From Amoeboaphelidium occidentale (taxonomy: Eukaryota), in NCBI GenBank assembly GCA_023515795.1, contig JALGPX010000041.1, forward strand, positions 61,525-81,524: a stretch of DNA of 20,000 bases. Direction: 5' to 3'. The position numbers and the translations under genes are program-made. The notes beneath the pieces were generated by a model. The model did not search any database. It was given only the letters and a program-made list of their open reading frames with translations, and was not told where the DNA came from. Below are positions 11,074 through 19,887 of this stretch, in pieces; the first letter of the stretch is position 1, and each line of letters opens with the position of its first letter.

Positions 11074-13060
11074 TCAAGAGCTTTTCAACCGAGCAGAAAG
11101 ATCGTCCAATTCTTTACTGAGCTCCTTTGGGAACTTGGGACCAAAAGTTTTGTGGTATTGCTTGACCTTTTCTAATTCAGCAGAGTACTTCTTATGATCA
11201 ACCTTCAATAATTCATTCAAATCAGCTTCAGAAATGCTCAATCCTGAAACATCGAGAGCTCCCTTCTTTGGAATATAACCAATTGGAGATTTTACAGCAA
11301 CATCAGTTTTCCCTTCTATTCGATCAACGATCCATTTTAAAACTAAATCATTAGAAGTAACTCACACTTTTGACAATACCTCTTGAATTATCACCAAATC
11401 CTGGCCAAAGAAATTTATCATTATCATTCTTTCGGAACCAGTTAACATGAAAGAACTTTGGAAGCCGTTTCTTCACTTTTCCATTCTGTTTACCCATATC
11501 GACCCAATGTTGAAAGTAATCAGCCATGTTGTATCCACAGAATGGTAACATTGCGAATGGATCGAATCTCAAGTTACCAACACTGCCTTCTGCGGCTGCT
11601 GTAATTTCACTAGCTACAGAACTTCCAACTAGAACTCCATGATTCCACGTGAAAGGTTCAAAAACTAAAGGAACAAGGGTCTTTCTTCTACCTCCAAAAA
11701 GGATTGCAGAAATAGGAACACCTTTTGGATCATTAATCGCTGTCTTGTTTACAATTGGGCATTGGTCGAGAGGAGCAGTAAAGCGAGAGTTAGGATGAGC
11801 TGCTTTAACGCCCTTACTGAAAGCCTCCTTGTCGTATTTTTTGCCAGTCCAGTCGGTAATACCAGAATTAAATGGAGGTTCTTTGGTTAAACCCTCCCAC
11901 CAAACGTCATTCTCCTTCTCTAAGTAGGCAACATTCGTAAAAACAGAGTTCTTATTCAGAGAGGCTAATGCATGAGGATTTGACTGGGAAGAAGTTCCTG
12001 GAGCAACACCAAAGAAACCATTTTCAGGATTGATCGCGTATAGTTTACCATCTTGTTCATTGAACTTCAACCATGCAATATCATCGCCGACACATTCAAC
12101 TTTCCAACCTTTCAAAGTTGGTTGCATCATTGCCAAGTTGGTCTTTCCACATGCTAAAAATTAAAATACTATCAAAGCGATAACATACCTGATGGAAATG
12201 CTGCAGCAATGTAATGTTTCTTGCCCTCAGGAGATGTTAAGCCAAGAATCAGCATGTGCTCAGCCAGCCAGCCTTGCTCTTTGCCCATTACTGAGGCGAT
12301 TCGAAGAGCTAGAGCCTTTTTGCCCAACAAAGAGTTTCCCCCATATCCACTACCATAAGATATGATCTCTTTGGTATCTGGGAAATGACAAACGGCCCTG
12401 TTTTTGATATTACATGGCCACGGTACATCTTTCTTCCCATTTGATAACGGATAACCTACAGAATGCAAGCATTTGACAAAGAACTTGTCCGAGTCTGCAA
12501 GTTTTTTCAGCACAGGTGCACCCATTCTAGTCATGATATTCATACTCGCTGCAACGTATGGAGAATCAGTAATCTGAACACCTGTGACTGCCAACTTTGA
12601 ATCTAACGGTCCCATAGAAAACTGCAATGATTAGCACATACTGAGCTAATGATCCTACCGGAATTACATACATAGATCTTCCTTCCATGCAACCCTTGAA
12701 TAATCCTTGAAGTTTCTGCTTCATTTCATTTGGATCAACCCAGTTGTTCGTAGGACCAGCATCACCTTGATTCTTCGAGCAGATGAAGGTATCCTTTTCG
12801 CTTCTAGCTACATCTGCAGGATCGGTTCTAACCAGAAATGAGTTTGGTCTTCTTTTTGGATTCAAAGGTTTGAAGACTCCAGTATCGACTAATAACTTTT
12901 GCAATTCTAGTGATTCTTCTTCAGAACCATCACAGACTTTGATATCGACCGGTTTGCAAAGAGCAGCAGTTTCCTGAATCCATGACTTCAACTTTGGGTT
13001 CGTTATCCCAGCTAAAGTAGTAAAGTTTCTCTTGACTAGCAAAGCTCTCCCTTTTAGCAT
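11074..13060 (-). CDS. PCK2: Phosphoenolpyruvate carboxykinase, GTP-dependent, probably mitochondrial; exons 13060-12659, 12621-12189, 12153-11380, 11342-11074; about 625 aa (alternative in-frame ATG at 13102)
   Basis: [41 protein letters not shown] (after splicing), [37 protein letters not shown] and [22 protein letters not shown]. Introns at 12622-12658, 12154-12188 and 11343-11379. Confidence 0.95.
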
Positions 13061-13163
13061 TTGGAAGACTGTTTGAACTCTAAAAAAATTCCCACGCGCC
13101 ATACAAGCTTCGGAACATCTACCAAGGGAAGTTAAAAACGTCTAAGCTCGTAAAATATCCTAC

Positions 13164-13238
13164 TAAATCGGTCTGATGAGTTTTCTATTGGGTTGCTTAT
13201 GGCTGAATTCGTAATAATGGCCATAATTGACCGATTTA
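13164..13238 (+). ncRNA. Candidate box C/D snoRNA-like element or structured inverted repeat
   Basis: Perfect 10-bp terminal inverted repeat TAAATCGGTC (13164-13173) / GACCGATTTA (13229-13238), TGATGA at 13174-13179, CTGA at 13203-13206, and TTGA at 13227-13230 next to the 3' stem. Confidence 0.3.
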
Positions 13239-13390
13239 AAGATAGATCAGTAATCTTTGTCACTCAACAGTAAATTATGCCCCCTTTAATAATAAATAGA
13301 AATCAGTTTAACTTCTTTCAGTGCGATCCAGAAGTTCTGCTGTTTTGTTAGAATTTTCGTGTAGAGATAAAGAGATGGTGCGATGAAAGG

Positions 13391-15133
13391 TCAATAACCG
13401 ATAAAGGTCATTGCAGGCCTTTTTTTCCATAGAGTCTCTGCCAATGGTTTAGAGTCGAGTTCCGGTATCATCATAGTGCTGTTGTGCGTAACAAAGAAAT
13501 CCAAGGTCTTTAATGATTGAACGGATGCAAAAGTCTCCATCAACTCGCCACCTAAGGTATCGAATTCTCGCGGTAAATCATAATGAAACATTAAAGCCTT
13601 GAGACGTGGTAAAGATTGAAGAGTACTATTAAATTCGGATGATAGCGTTAAAAGATAGTAGAACTTGGAGTAATAAAACTCTAAAGTCTCGACAGTTGAA
13701 TTTCGGTGTATCCCAAATCCTTCGTTTTGAAACTCACAGTGCCAAAATCCGACATTTTTTAGGTTTGGTTTCTGAAACAAAGGCTCCAATGACTCGCGGC
13801 TGTTATTAAAATTCGTATAATAGAACCTCACCGATTCCAGTTGATTACCAACTTTAAGCAAATTAATTAAGCTCTCTTCTTTCTGTACCCCGACTAAATT
13901 CAAGCTTTTCACTGTTTTGGGAAGCCCTTCGTAAAACCATGATAAAGTAGGCGGTAAATTTGTGGTCAATGATTTTAAGTGCTTCAAACCAATTATCTGC
14001 TCCAAGAACGCTTTGCTAGTATACTGTATCTGCATTAAAATGTTCAGGTGTACTATTTTTGGTGGAATTTTACGATCAGAAAACTTCATGGCCAAGCAGC
14101 ACAAAGAAAGGGTTGTTAACGTCTCTTCATTTATCTCTAAAGCTCTATCCAAGGCAGCCTGAGAGGCGTCATCCACAGCGGACCCATAAATTGTCAAAGA
14201 CTTAAGGCCAGGCTTAATTGTATCAATAACCGGCGCTAACCGGAGAGGTCCATCTGTGCCAATTAGCAAGCTTTCCAAATTTTTCGCTCTTGAAATAATC
14301 TCCCCACTTTGAAGCAACGAGTCGAGGTGATGATTACCAGATTTTCCAAACTTGACTGTCAAATCCGCGATATTTTCAAGGTTCAATCTTGAGCTAAACA
14401 AATCAACCATGCGCGATGTGTATGGGATGTATGACTTGATGGCAACTTTCCTCACATTGCTGAAATGGGGCAACATTCCAACCCACTCACTCGTTATATC
14501 CAAAACAACACTCGCCACGTTTTGGGTAACTTTCTTAAAGGCTGGCTCGGCAAGAAAGTCAATCGATTCTTCCTGGTTGGACAACTCAACAGGGCATTTT
14601 CTGACAAAAGATTCCATGTTTGGCGTACTAAAAATCACCCTGTCAAATTGTTCGTTCAGCTTCCATGTGAATAGTCTTTCATTTTGTGCACGCAAATGCA
14701 ACACATCGCAATAAGAAGTCATTCTATCCAAGCACTTCGCGACACGCGATATGCCCCCTCCACCAAAAAGATATGCGGTCGGCTTCTCCCAAGGTGAACG
14801 TTTAAACTTTCTTGGGCTTACGATTTCTGTGTCAACAATATGTTCGTGAAACAGCTCACGAAAAGCTTTCTGAACCATTTCCACACCACAATTATTTCTG
14901 ATCTCAGCTCGGTAGGACCGCATTTTGTGGTATTCTGGGAAATTCATCGCATCTTTCGTTCCTTTCGATACTACTCGCAAAATATCATTTACTGCTGGCG
15001 GAATTCCGTTTGCGTTCTGTTGATCCGCGAATATTCTCCACGGCAAGAACGGATCATCTGCTTCAAGGTCGTTTGCAGTAACAGCGCCAAGGAAACCAAG
15101 AGACATGAGTAGAATAACGTCAGTAATGTGCAT
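13391..15133 (-). CDS. Secreted leucine-rich-repeat-like (RNI-type) hypothetical protein, intronless; 580 aa
   Basis: Signal-peptide-like MHITDVILLMSLGFLGAVTA and repeated LxxLxL motifs (NLESLLI, GLKSLTI, TLTTLSL, HLKSLTT, TVKSLNL, QLESVRF, NLKNVGF, RLKALMF, SLKTLDF). No TM segment or catalytic motif was recognised. Confidence 0.75.
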   Translation of the reverse strand: MHITDVILLMSLGFLGAVTANDLEADDPFLPWRIFADQQNANGIPPAVNDILRVVSKGTKDAMNFPEYHKMRSYRAEIRNNCGVEMVQKAFRELFHEHIVDTEIVSPRKFKRSPWEKPTAYLFGGGGISRVAKCLDRMTSYCDVLHLRAQNERLFTWKLNEQFDRVIFSTPNMESFVRKCPVELSNQEESIDFLAEPAFKKVTQNVASVVLDITSEWVGMLPHFSNVRKVAIKSYIPYTSRMVDLFSSRLNLENIADLTVKFGKSGNHHLDSLLQSGEIISRAKNLESLLIGTDGPLRLAPVIDTIKPGLKSLTIYGSAVDDASQAALDRALEINEETLTTLSLCCLAMKFSDRKIPPKIVHLNILMQIQYTSKAFLEQIIGLKHLKSLTTNLPPTLSWFYEGLPKTVKSLNLVGVQKEESLINLLKVGNQLESVRFYYTNFNNSRESLEPLFQKPNLKNVGFWHCEFQNEGFGIHRNSTVETLEFYYSKFYYLLTLSSEFNSTLQSLPRLKALMFHYDLPREFDTLGGELMETFASVQSLKTLDFFVTHNSTMMIPELDSKPLAETLWKKRPAMTFIGY

Positions 15134-15390
15134 AATATGACTCTTAAATCAAAATAGTTTGCACAGAACTTTGATATTGCAAGGAGTAACGTAGTTTGAT
15201 CGTGGTTACATCGACGTTTGATACTAGCTTCAATTACATATTCTTGAAACAGGTCCTCTTCTGTGTTAAATCTGTAGAATTTATATGATAACAACCACAT
15301 GATATGATCATATGCTCCCAATTCAACATCTTGTCGATTGGTTTTCGGTTGGGTTCATGACTTCATAAAGCGGCGATCCTTCTGAATTTC

Positions 15391-15397
15391 TATAAAT
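15391..15397 (+). promoter_or_regulatory. TATA-like element upstream of the Thr/Gly-rich gene
   Basis: TATAAAT begins 19 nt before ATG 15410 and is followed by TTTTCGCGA. Confidence 0.25.
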
Positions 15398-15409
15398 TCT
15401 TTTCGCGAT

Positions 15410-15697
15410 ATGTTGACTTCATTAATCTTTGGCTCATTGCTTGCTTTGTATGCTGCTGCTCTTCCAACGGGCGCGTACTATCCAGCTCCTTATGCTGGAA
15501 CTTACACCGGTACTTCAACCTACACTGGCACTGTTGGCGCTGGTGCAGGAACATACACCGGTACACGCACTGGTACTGTCACTGGTTACGGTCCTTACGG
15601 AGGCTACACTGGTACCGCTACTGGTACATCCACTGGTACCTTCAGTGGCTCAACTGGCACGTACACCGGCACTTTCACTGGAACCGGCAGACACTAA
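15410..15697 (+). CDS. Small secreted Thr/Gly-rich TxT-repeat protein; 95 aa
   Basis: Signal peptide MLTSLIFGSLLALYAAA followed by (T-x-T-G)n repeats. Thr and Gly codons vary synonymously (ACT/ACC/ACA/ACG, GGT/GGC/GGA), which points to protein-level conservation. Confidence 0.85.
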   Translation: MLTSLIFGSLLALYAAALPTGAYYPAPYAGTYTGTSTYTGTVGAGAGTYTGTRTGTVTGYGPYGGYTGTATGTSTGTFSGSTGTYTGTFTGTGRH

Positions 15698-15822
15698 ATC
15701 AATAAATTTTGAAATTTTGGGTTATTCTTCTCTTAAGCCTTATCGCTGTATTCTCGTGTCATGTGATTTTGTCCAGTGCCATACTTGGCCACAATCATAT
15801 TTCACGCTTGACGCTAATTCAC

Positions 15823-18381
15823 ATGGCAGATGATAAGCCAAGATTCTTCCTTGGGGACGCAAGTTCTGCGGACGAGATTTCATCCATAGCATCGAACGAC
15901 AAACTATCCCGATCTTCCTCCATAACAAGCTTCAATGGGATTCTTACAAGAGATCTTGTTGCAGTTAGCGACGATAAGGAAAGATCAAACGGCAACATTG
16001 ATGCAGAGGGCAACAAAGAACACTCTAATCCGGAGTTCAAGCACTACCTTGATAATAAGATACCTCTAATGAATGCGATATACTACAACTCTCCAACTTC
16101 ACCTTTACCGTACTTGAATCTTTACGGCGAACTGAAGAGTCCCACGGAGCCAAGCGATTTAGAACTTGACGATACGAAGTTGGACATGTCCAAGAGCCAG
16201 CTGATTCTTTCTGATTATGAAAATGCTGAGGCGTCTGGGTCCGCTGTTGGACTGTCGAGTTTGTTGGCTGGCGCAAGTTCGATCGTGACTGGAACGATTC
16301 AGAAAGTTGATAGTTTAGTCGAGAAGGGAAAAAATGCGCTTCAATTCTTCATTCATGGACCTCTTACGCCTAGCGCGAGTAATATTCGCTACTTCAAACA
16401 TTTGCTCCAAGCAGCTGGAACTTATGAGCAATGGCATTCAGCTGCCCATCAATTGGACAGATTAGAGGGCAGGGAATTATGGAAGGAATTATTAGAGTCA
16501 ACGGATTATGATTACGAACTGGTTCGGACGAAACTCCAAGAATTAAGGAAAGCAAGAGAGTCTGGGGATGTTGTTTCTATGATGTTTCTTTTGAGGACCA
16601 CAATATCTCGGAACTTAGGAGATGTGGGAAATCCAAAACTGTATTCTAAAACTCTGGTAGGAACAAAGAAGCTCATAGAAGATTACAATGATGAAGTTAT
16701 ACGACATTGCATGGCGATTTGTGATGCACCAGAAGTTGAAGGTCAGCCAATAACGACGTTGGATGGAAAACTTGAATTCTTTCTAAACGCAAGACAGGCG
16801 TTTGGCCGAACTGCTCTTCTTCTGAGTGGAGGCGCTACTCTCGGATTATATCACGTCGGGGTTGTAAAAGCGCTTCATGAAAGCAAGCTATTACCTAGAA
16901 TCATATCTGGTTCTTCAATAGGAAGTTTAATTGCTGCGCTCGTTTGTACAAAAACAGACAAAGAGTTATTTACATTCCTTAGGGATGATAGCCTTAATCT
17001 CAACGCGTTAGAAAGCGAAGATGAAATCCAAACATTGTTCTTCAAGATCAATCGGTTAGTTCAGCATGGCGTGATATTCGATGTGGAAGTTTTGAAGGAG
17101 TGCATAAGATCTAATATTGGTGATATTACATTTCAAGAAGCTTATAATCGAACAAGAAGGATTCTGAACATAACTGTTAGTTCATCAACACAGTTTGAGA
17201 TGCCTCGGCTTTTGAATTATCTAACTGCTCCTAATGTCATAATTTGGTCCGCTGTTGCAGCTTCATGCGCAATACCATTCTTTTATAAGAGCGCCCCTTT
17301 GGTCGCAAGAGACAAGTTTGGGAAAATCGTTCCATGGAATCCATCAGGTCACAAGTGGATTGATGGAAGCGTTGAGAATGATTTACCAATGACCAGGTTG
17401 AGCGAGTTATTCAATGTTAATCACTTCATCGTTTGTCAAGTCAATCCTCATGTTTTACCTTTTCTTTTGGGAAAACAATTCTTGGAAAGTTTTAAAACTA
17501 GGAATCGGTTATTCTCCTCTGCATTTTATCTTACAAAGACAGAGTTACAGCACAGAATCAATCAATTAATTGAGTTGGATGTGTTTCCTACCGTTTTGCA
17601 TCGAACGCAGAATATTCTTTCGCAAAAATATTCTGGAGATATAACAATTATCCCTTATGTTAACTATAAGGATTATTTCGCATTATTAACTAATCCCACG
17701 AAAGAAACACTTTGGGATGCTTTGATCAGAGGAGAATCTGCGACATGGCCAAAGATGAACATCATTAAGAATCATTGTCAGATTGAGCTTCTATTGGACA
17801 GAGTTATTTACCGATTGAGATGCCGCAAATTAGATGAGGCTGTAATGAATATTTATCCAAGTCAACATGGACAATCGCAAACTGGAACTCCTGATTTGAA
17901 TTATATACTTGCACGAAGAGCATCCATCAGCAAGTATGGCTCTTACAATCCAGCAAAACTTTCAGCTAACAATTTACATGTTCCTTCAGATGAAGCTGAC
18001 AGTCCTTCGTTGGCAATTAATCGAAGTCTAAGTGTTGGCAGAATGATGGACAAGTTGAATGCTCCGCCGTTAGTTATTCAGAACAACGTATCACCACAAA
18101 TTTCAAGCACAGGATCTCTTATTGGCTTATCACAAATGTATCTGTCTGAACAGGGAAAACTTGCTGACGTACAACCGACCAGCAAGACTCAAGAATCGCC
18201 CGCACAGTCAAAACCTCAAACCACAGAAGAGAAATCACCAAATCAAAAACCAAAGACAAAGAAGGGAAAGAAGACTTCGCCTCCAAAGATCTCTGCTTCG
18301 TTACTGTCTAGTCTCACAATTACTCCTCTTAAGTCACCGGAACTGGAGAAGAAAAGCAGCGTGAACCATACGACACAATAA
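15823..18381 (+). CDS. TGL4: Patatin-domain triacylglycerol lipase (Tgl3/4/5, SDP1 family), intronless; about 852 aa
   Basis: TYEQWHSAAHQLDRLEG..WK, RNLGDVGNPKLY, FGRTALLLSGGATLG, GSSIG nucleophile elbow, RILNITV, LNYLTAPNV, WIDGSV and FNVNHFIVCQVNPH. The first ATG is at 15823. The paralogue assignment is tentative. Confidence 0.92.
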   Translation: MADDKPRFFLGDASSADEISSIASNDKLSRSSSITSFNGILTRDLVAVSDDKERSNGNIDAEGNKEHSNPEFKHYLDNKIPLMNAIYYNSPTSPLPYLNLYGELKSPTEPSDLELDDTKLDMSKSQLILSDYENAEASGSAVGLSSLLAGASSIVTGTIQKVDSLVEKGKNALQFFIHGPLTPSASNIRYFKHLLQAAGTYEQWHSAAHQLDRLEGRELWKELLESTDYDYELVRTKLQELRKARESGDVVSMMFLLRTTISRNLGDVGNPKLYSKTLVGTKKLIEDYNDEVIRHCMAICDAPEVEGQPITTLDGKLEFFLNARQAFGRTALLLSGGATLGLYHVGVVKALHESKLLPRIISGSSIGSLIAALVCTKTDKELFTFLRDDSLNLNALESEDEIQTLFFKINRLVQHGVIFDVEVLKECIRSNIGDITFQEAYNRTRRILNITVSSSTQFEMPRLLNYLTAPNVIIWSAVAASCAIPFFYKSAPLVARDKFGKIVPWNPSGHKWIDGSVENDLPMTRLSELFNVNHFIVCQVNPHVLPFLLGKQFLESFKTRNRLFSSAFYLTKTELQHRINQLIELDVFPTVLHRTQNILSQKYSGDITIIPYVNYKDYFALLTNPTKETLWDALIRGESATWPKMNIIKNHCQIELLLDRVIYRLRCRKLDEAVMNIYPSQHGQSQTGTPDLNYILARRASISKYGSYNPAKLSANNLHVPSDEADSPSLAINRSLSVGRMMDKLNAPPLVIQNNVSPQISSTGSLIGLSQMYLSEQGKLADVQPTSKTQESPAQSKPQTTEEKSPNQKPKTKKGKKTSPPKISASLLSSLTITPLKSPELEKKSSVNHTTQ

Positions 18382-18419
18382 GTCAAAAGATCACAATCAT
18401 ACCAAATACAACATTTCTA

Positions 18420-18839
18420 TTAGATCTCATCTTCTTTAAGTAGCATATTAGGAATACCATCTTTTACAGGATAAACACGTCCGCAGTTTGGGCACAATAA
18501 TTCACCTTCCATGACCTGAGTTTCCATTAGCAAATGATGCAAAGTCTTTGCGAGTTCTTCTGAGACTTCATCTGGAGATTCCCGAGGTAGCGACGATACA
18601 TCGATACCTACCTGAAATTACAAACGTTAGGCACATGACGCGATCTCTAAAAAGTTTACCTCCGTTGCAGCTGCTTTCAATGCATTCCAGTCAATCTTTG
18701 TCATGAGGCCCTGAATAAATGCCGGCTGATAATCAATTTCCTTCTCTTCTACGCGTGCCTTCGTTATACTCAACGGAAATGATTTATTTTGGCAATTTGG
18801 CTTGTGGCATTGCAGCAGATTATGAACCATCAACCTCAT
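18420..18839 (-). CDS. TRM112: Multifunctional methyltransferase activator Trm112, exons 18839-18660 and 18611-18420; 123 aa
   Basis: MRLMVHNLLQCH..C...FPL, KIDWNAL, LHHLLMETQVMEGELLCPNCGRVYPVKDGIPNMLL. Intron at 18612-18659. Confidence 0.95.
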
Positions 18840-18925
18840 CTGTGAAAGATCAATAAGCAAAAACTGAAATAAAGGCAGTTTGAGGTATCGGTTGATCATT
18901 TAAGGAGTTACAACATAATAATATA

Positions 18926-19887
18926 TTACTTGAAGTTATCCTTCTTGTGTCGCAATAAGCGCATTGCTTCAATACGATCTTGCGTTTCCAAAACTCTAAA
19001 AAGCTCAGCGCGTCTACCTTCTGTCTCAGGATCATCTGATGCCAACATCAAGAACAAATTAACTTTTAGCTCCTTTGCAATAGTTGAAGGAATACTTCTC
19101 CCTTCATTCTTTACAATCTCATTACCGTAATTCTCTAAAGTGTCCCATTTATATATTGACTGCGCGAATTTCAAGTTACTTGCTGTGTACTCATGACCAA
19201 AGTAAACCTTTGTCTCTTTCGGTAACTGNNNNNNNNNNNNNNNNNTAGCTCCTTTGAAATAGTTGAAGGAATACTTCTCCCTTCATTCTTTACAATCTCA
19301 TTACCGTAATTCTCTAAAGTGTCCCATTTACATATTGACTGCGCGAATTTCAAGTTACTTGCTGTGTACTCATGACCAAAGTAAACCTTTGTCTCTTTCG
19401 GTAACTGTGATAGTTTCCTCAGGGACTTTACCATATCTTCAGCGGTGCCCTCAAAGAATCTTCCACAACCAGCACTAAAGAGCGTATCACCAGTAAAAAC
19501 AGCTTTATCATCAGCTTCTGTCACGTAATAACACAAATGCTCTTGTGTGTGGCAAGGTGTGTGCAGTGCATTAATCGATAAACCATTCATGCTGAAGCGT
19601 TCACCATCACGCAACAAATTTGAAACAGCTGGAGTTCTATCAGAGTAACCGTAAACAGCCGCACTGGGAAATGCCCTTTTAAGTTCCTCATTGCCAGCGG
19701 AATGATCCGAATGATAGTGCGTGGTTAGAATTGCAGCGACATCAAGATCTTTACTCCTCAAATAGTCCAGCACAGTTCTTGGTTGCGCAGGGTCAACAAG
19801 TATACAAGAGGCAGCAGCAGAAGCGGCCGTAGAACTTATGACGTAACAATAATTGTCTTTGAATAATCTCAAAGCGTGAACTCTCAT
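18926..19887 (-). CDS. GLO2: Hydroxyacylglutathione hydrolase (glyoxalase II); about 260 aa once the duplicated segment and gap are collapsed
   Basis: DNYCY, THYHSDHSAGN metallo-beta-lactamase motif, TPCHT, FTGDTLFSAGCGRFFEG, GHEYT..NLKFA, PSTI..E...N.F and C-terminal LRHKKDNF. Removing 179 nt restores a single ORF. Confidence 0.93.
19067..19407. repeat. 162-bp direct duplication (19067-19228 and 19246-19407) flanking a 17-N scaffold gap
   Basis: The two copies are identical except at 19078 C / 19257 A and 19152 T / 19331 C; Ns occupy 19229-19245. Confidence 0.95.

Noticed and set aside
4817..13060. Fragmented ORFs of CCT1, EF-Tu, PEPCK and UGO1 as pseudogenes or programmed frameshifts
   Set aside because: Every break is resolved by a 31-45 nt GT-AG intron that restores conserved motifs.
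13164..13238. Hammerhead ribozyme (CTGATGAG after a stem)
   Set aside because: No GAAA core and no stem II/III arrangement downstream.
15709..15822. TTG-initiated, signal-peptide-looking N-terminal extension of the lipase (MKFWVILLLSLIAVFSC...)
   Set aside because: Non-ATG start only 11 nt after the upstream gene's stop; Tgl/SDP1 lipases are not secreted; T-rich spacer DNA readily yields hydrophobic translations. Ribo-seq could revive it.
109..18381. Lipid-mobilisation cluster (caleosin, TAG lipase, PEPCK)
   Set aside because: The genes are separated by unrelated housekeeping genes; co-occurrence within 20 kb of a dense genome is plausibly chance.
2466..19478. Many 60-135 aa antisense or alternate-frame ORFs (for example 2762-3103, 5413-5748, 14352-14714, 14989-15321, 15429-15833)
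   Set aside because: Shadows of real genes with no recognisable motifs; many have non-ATG starts.
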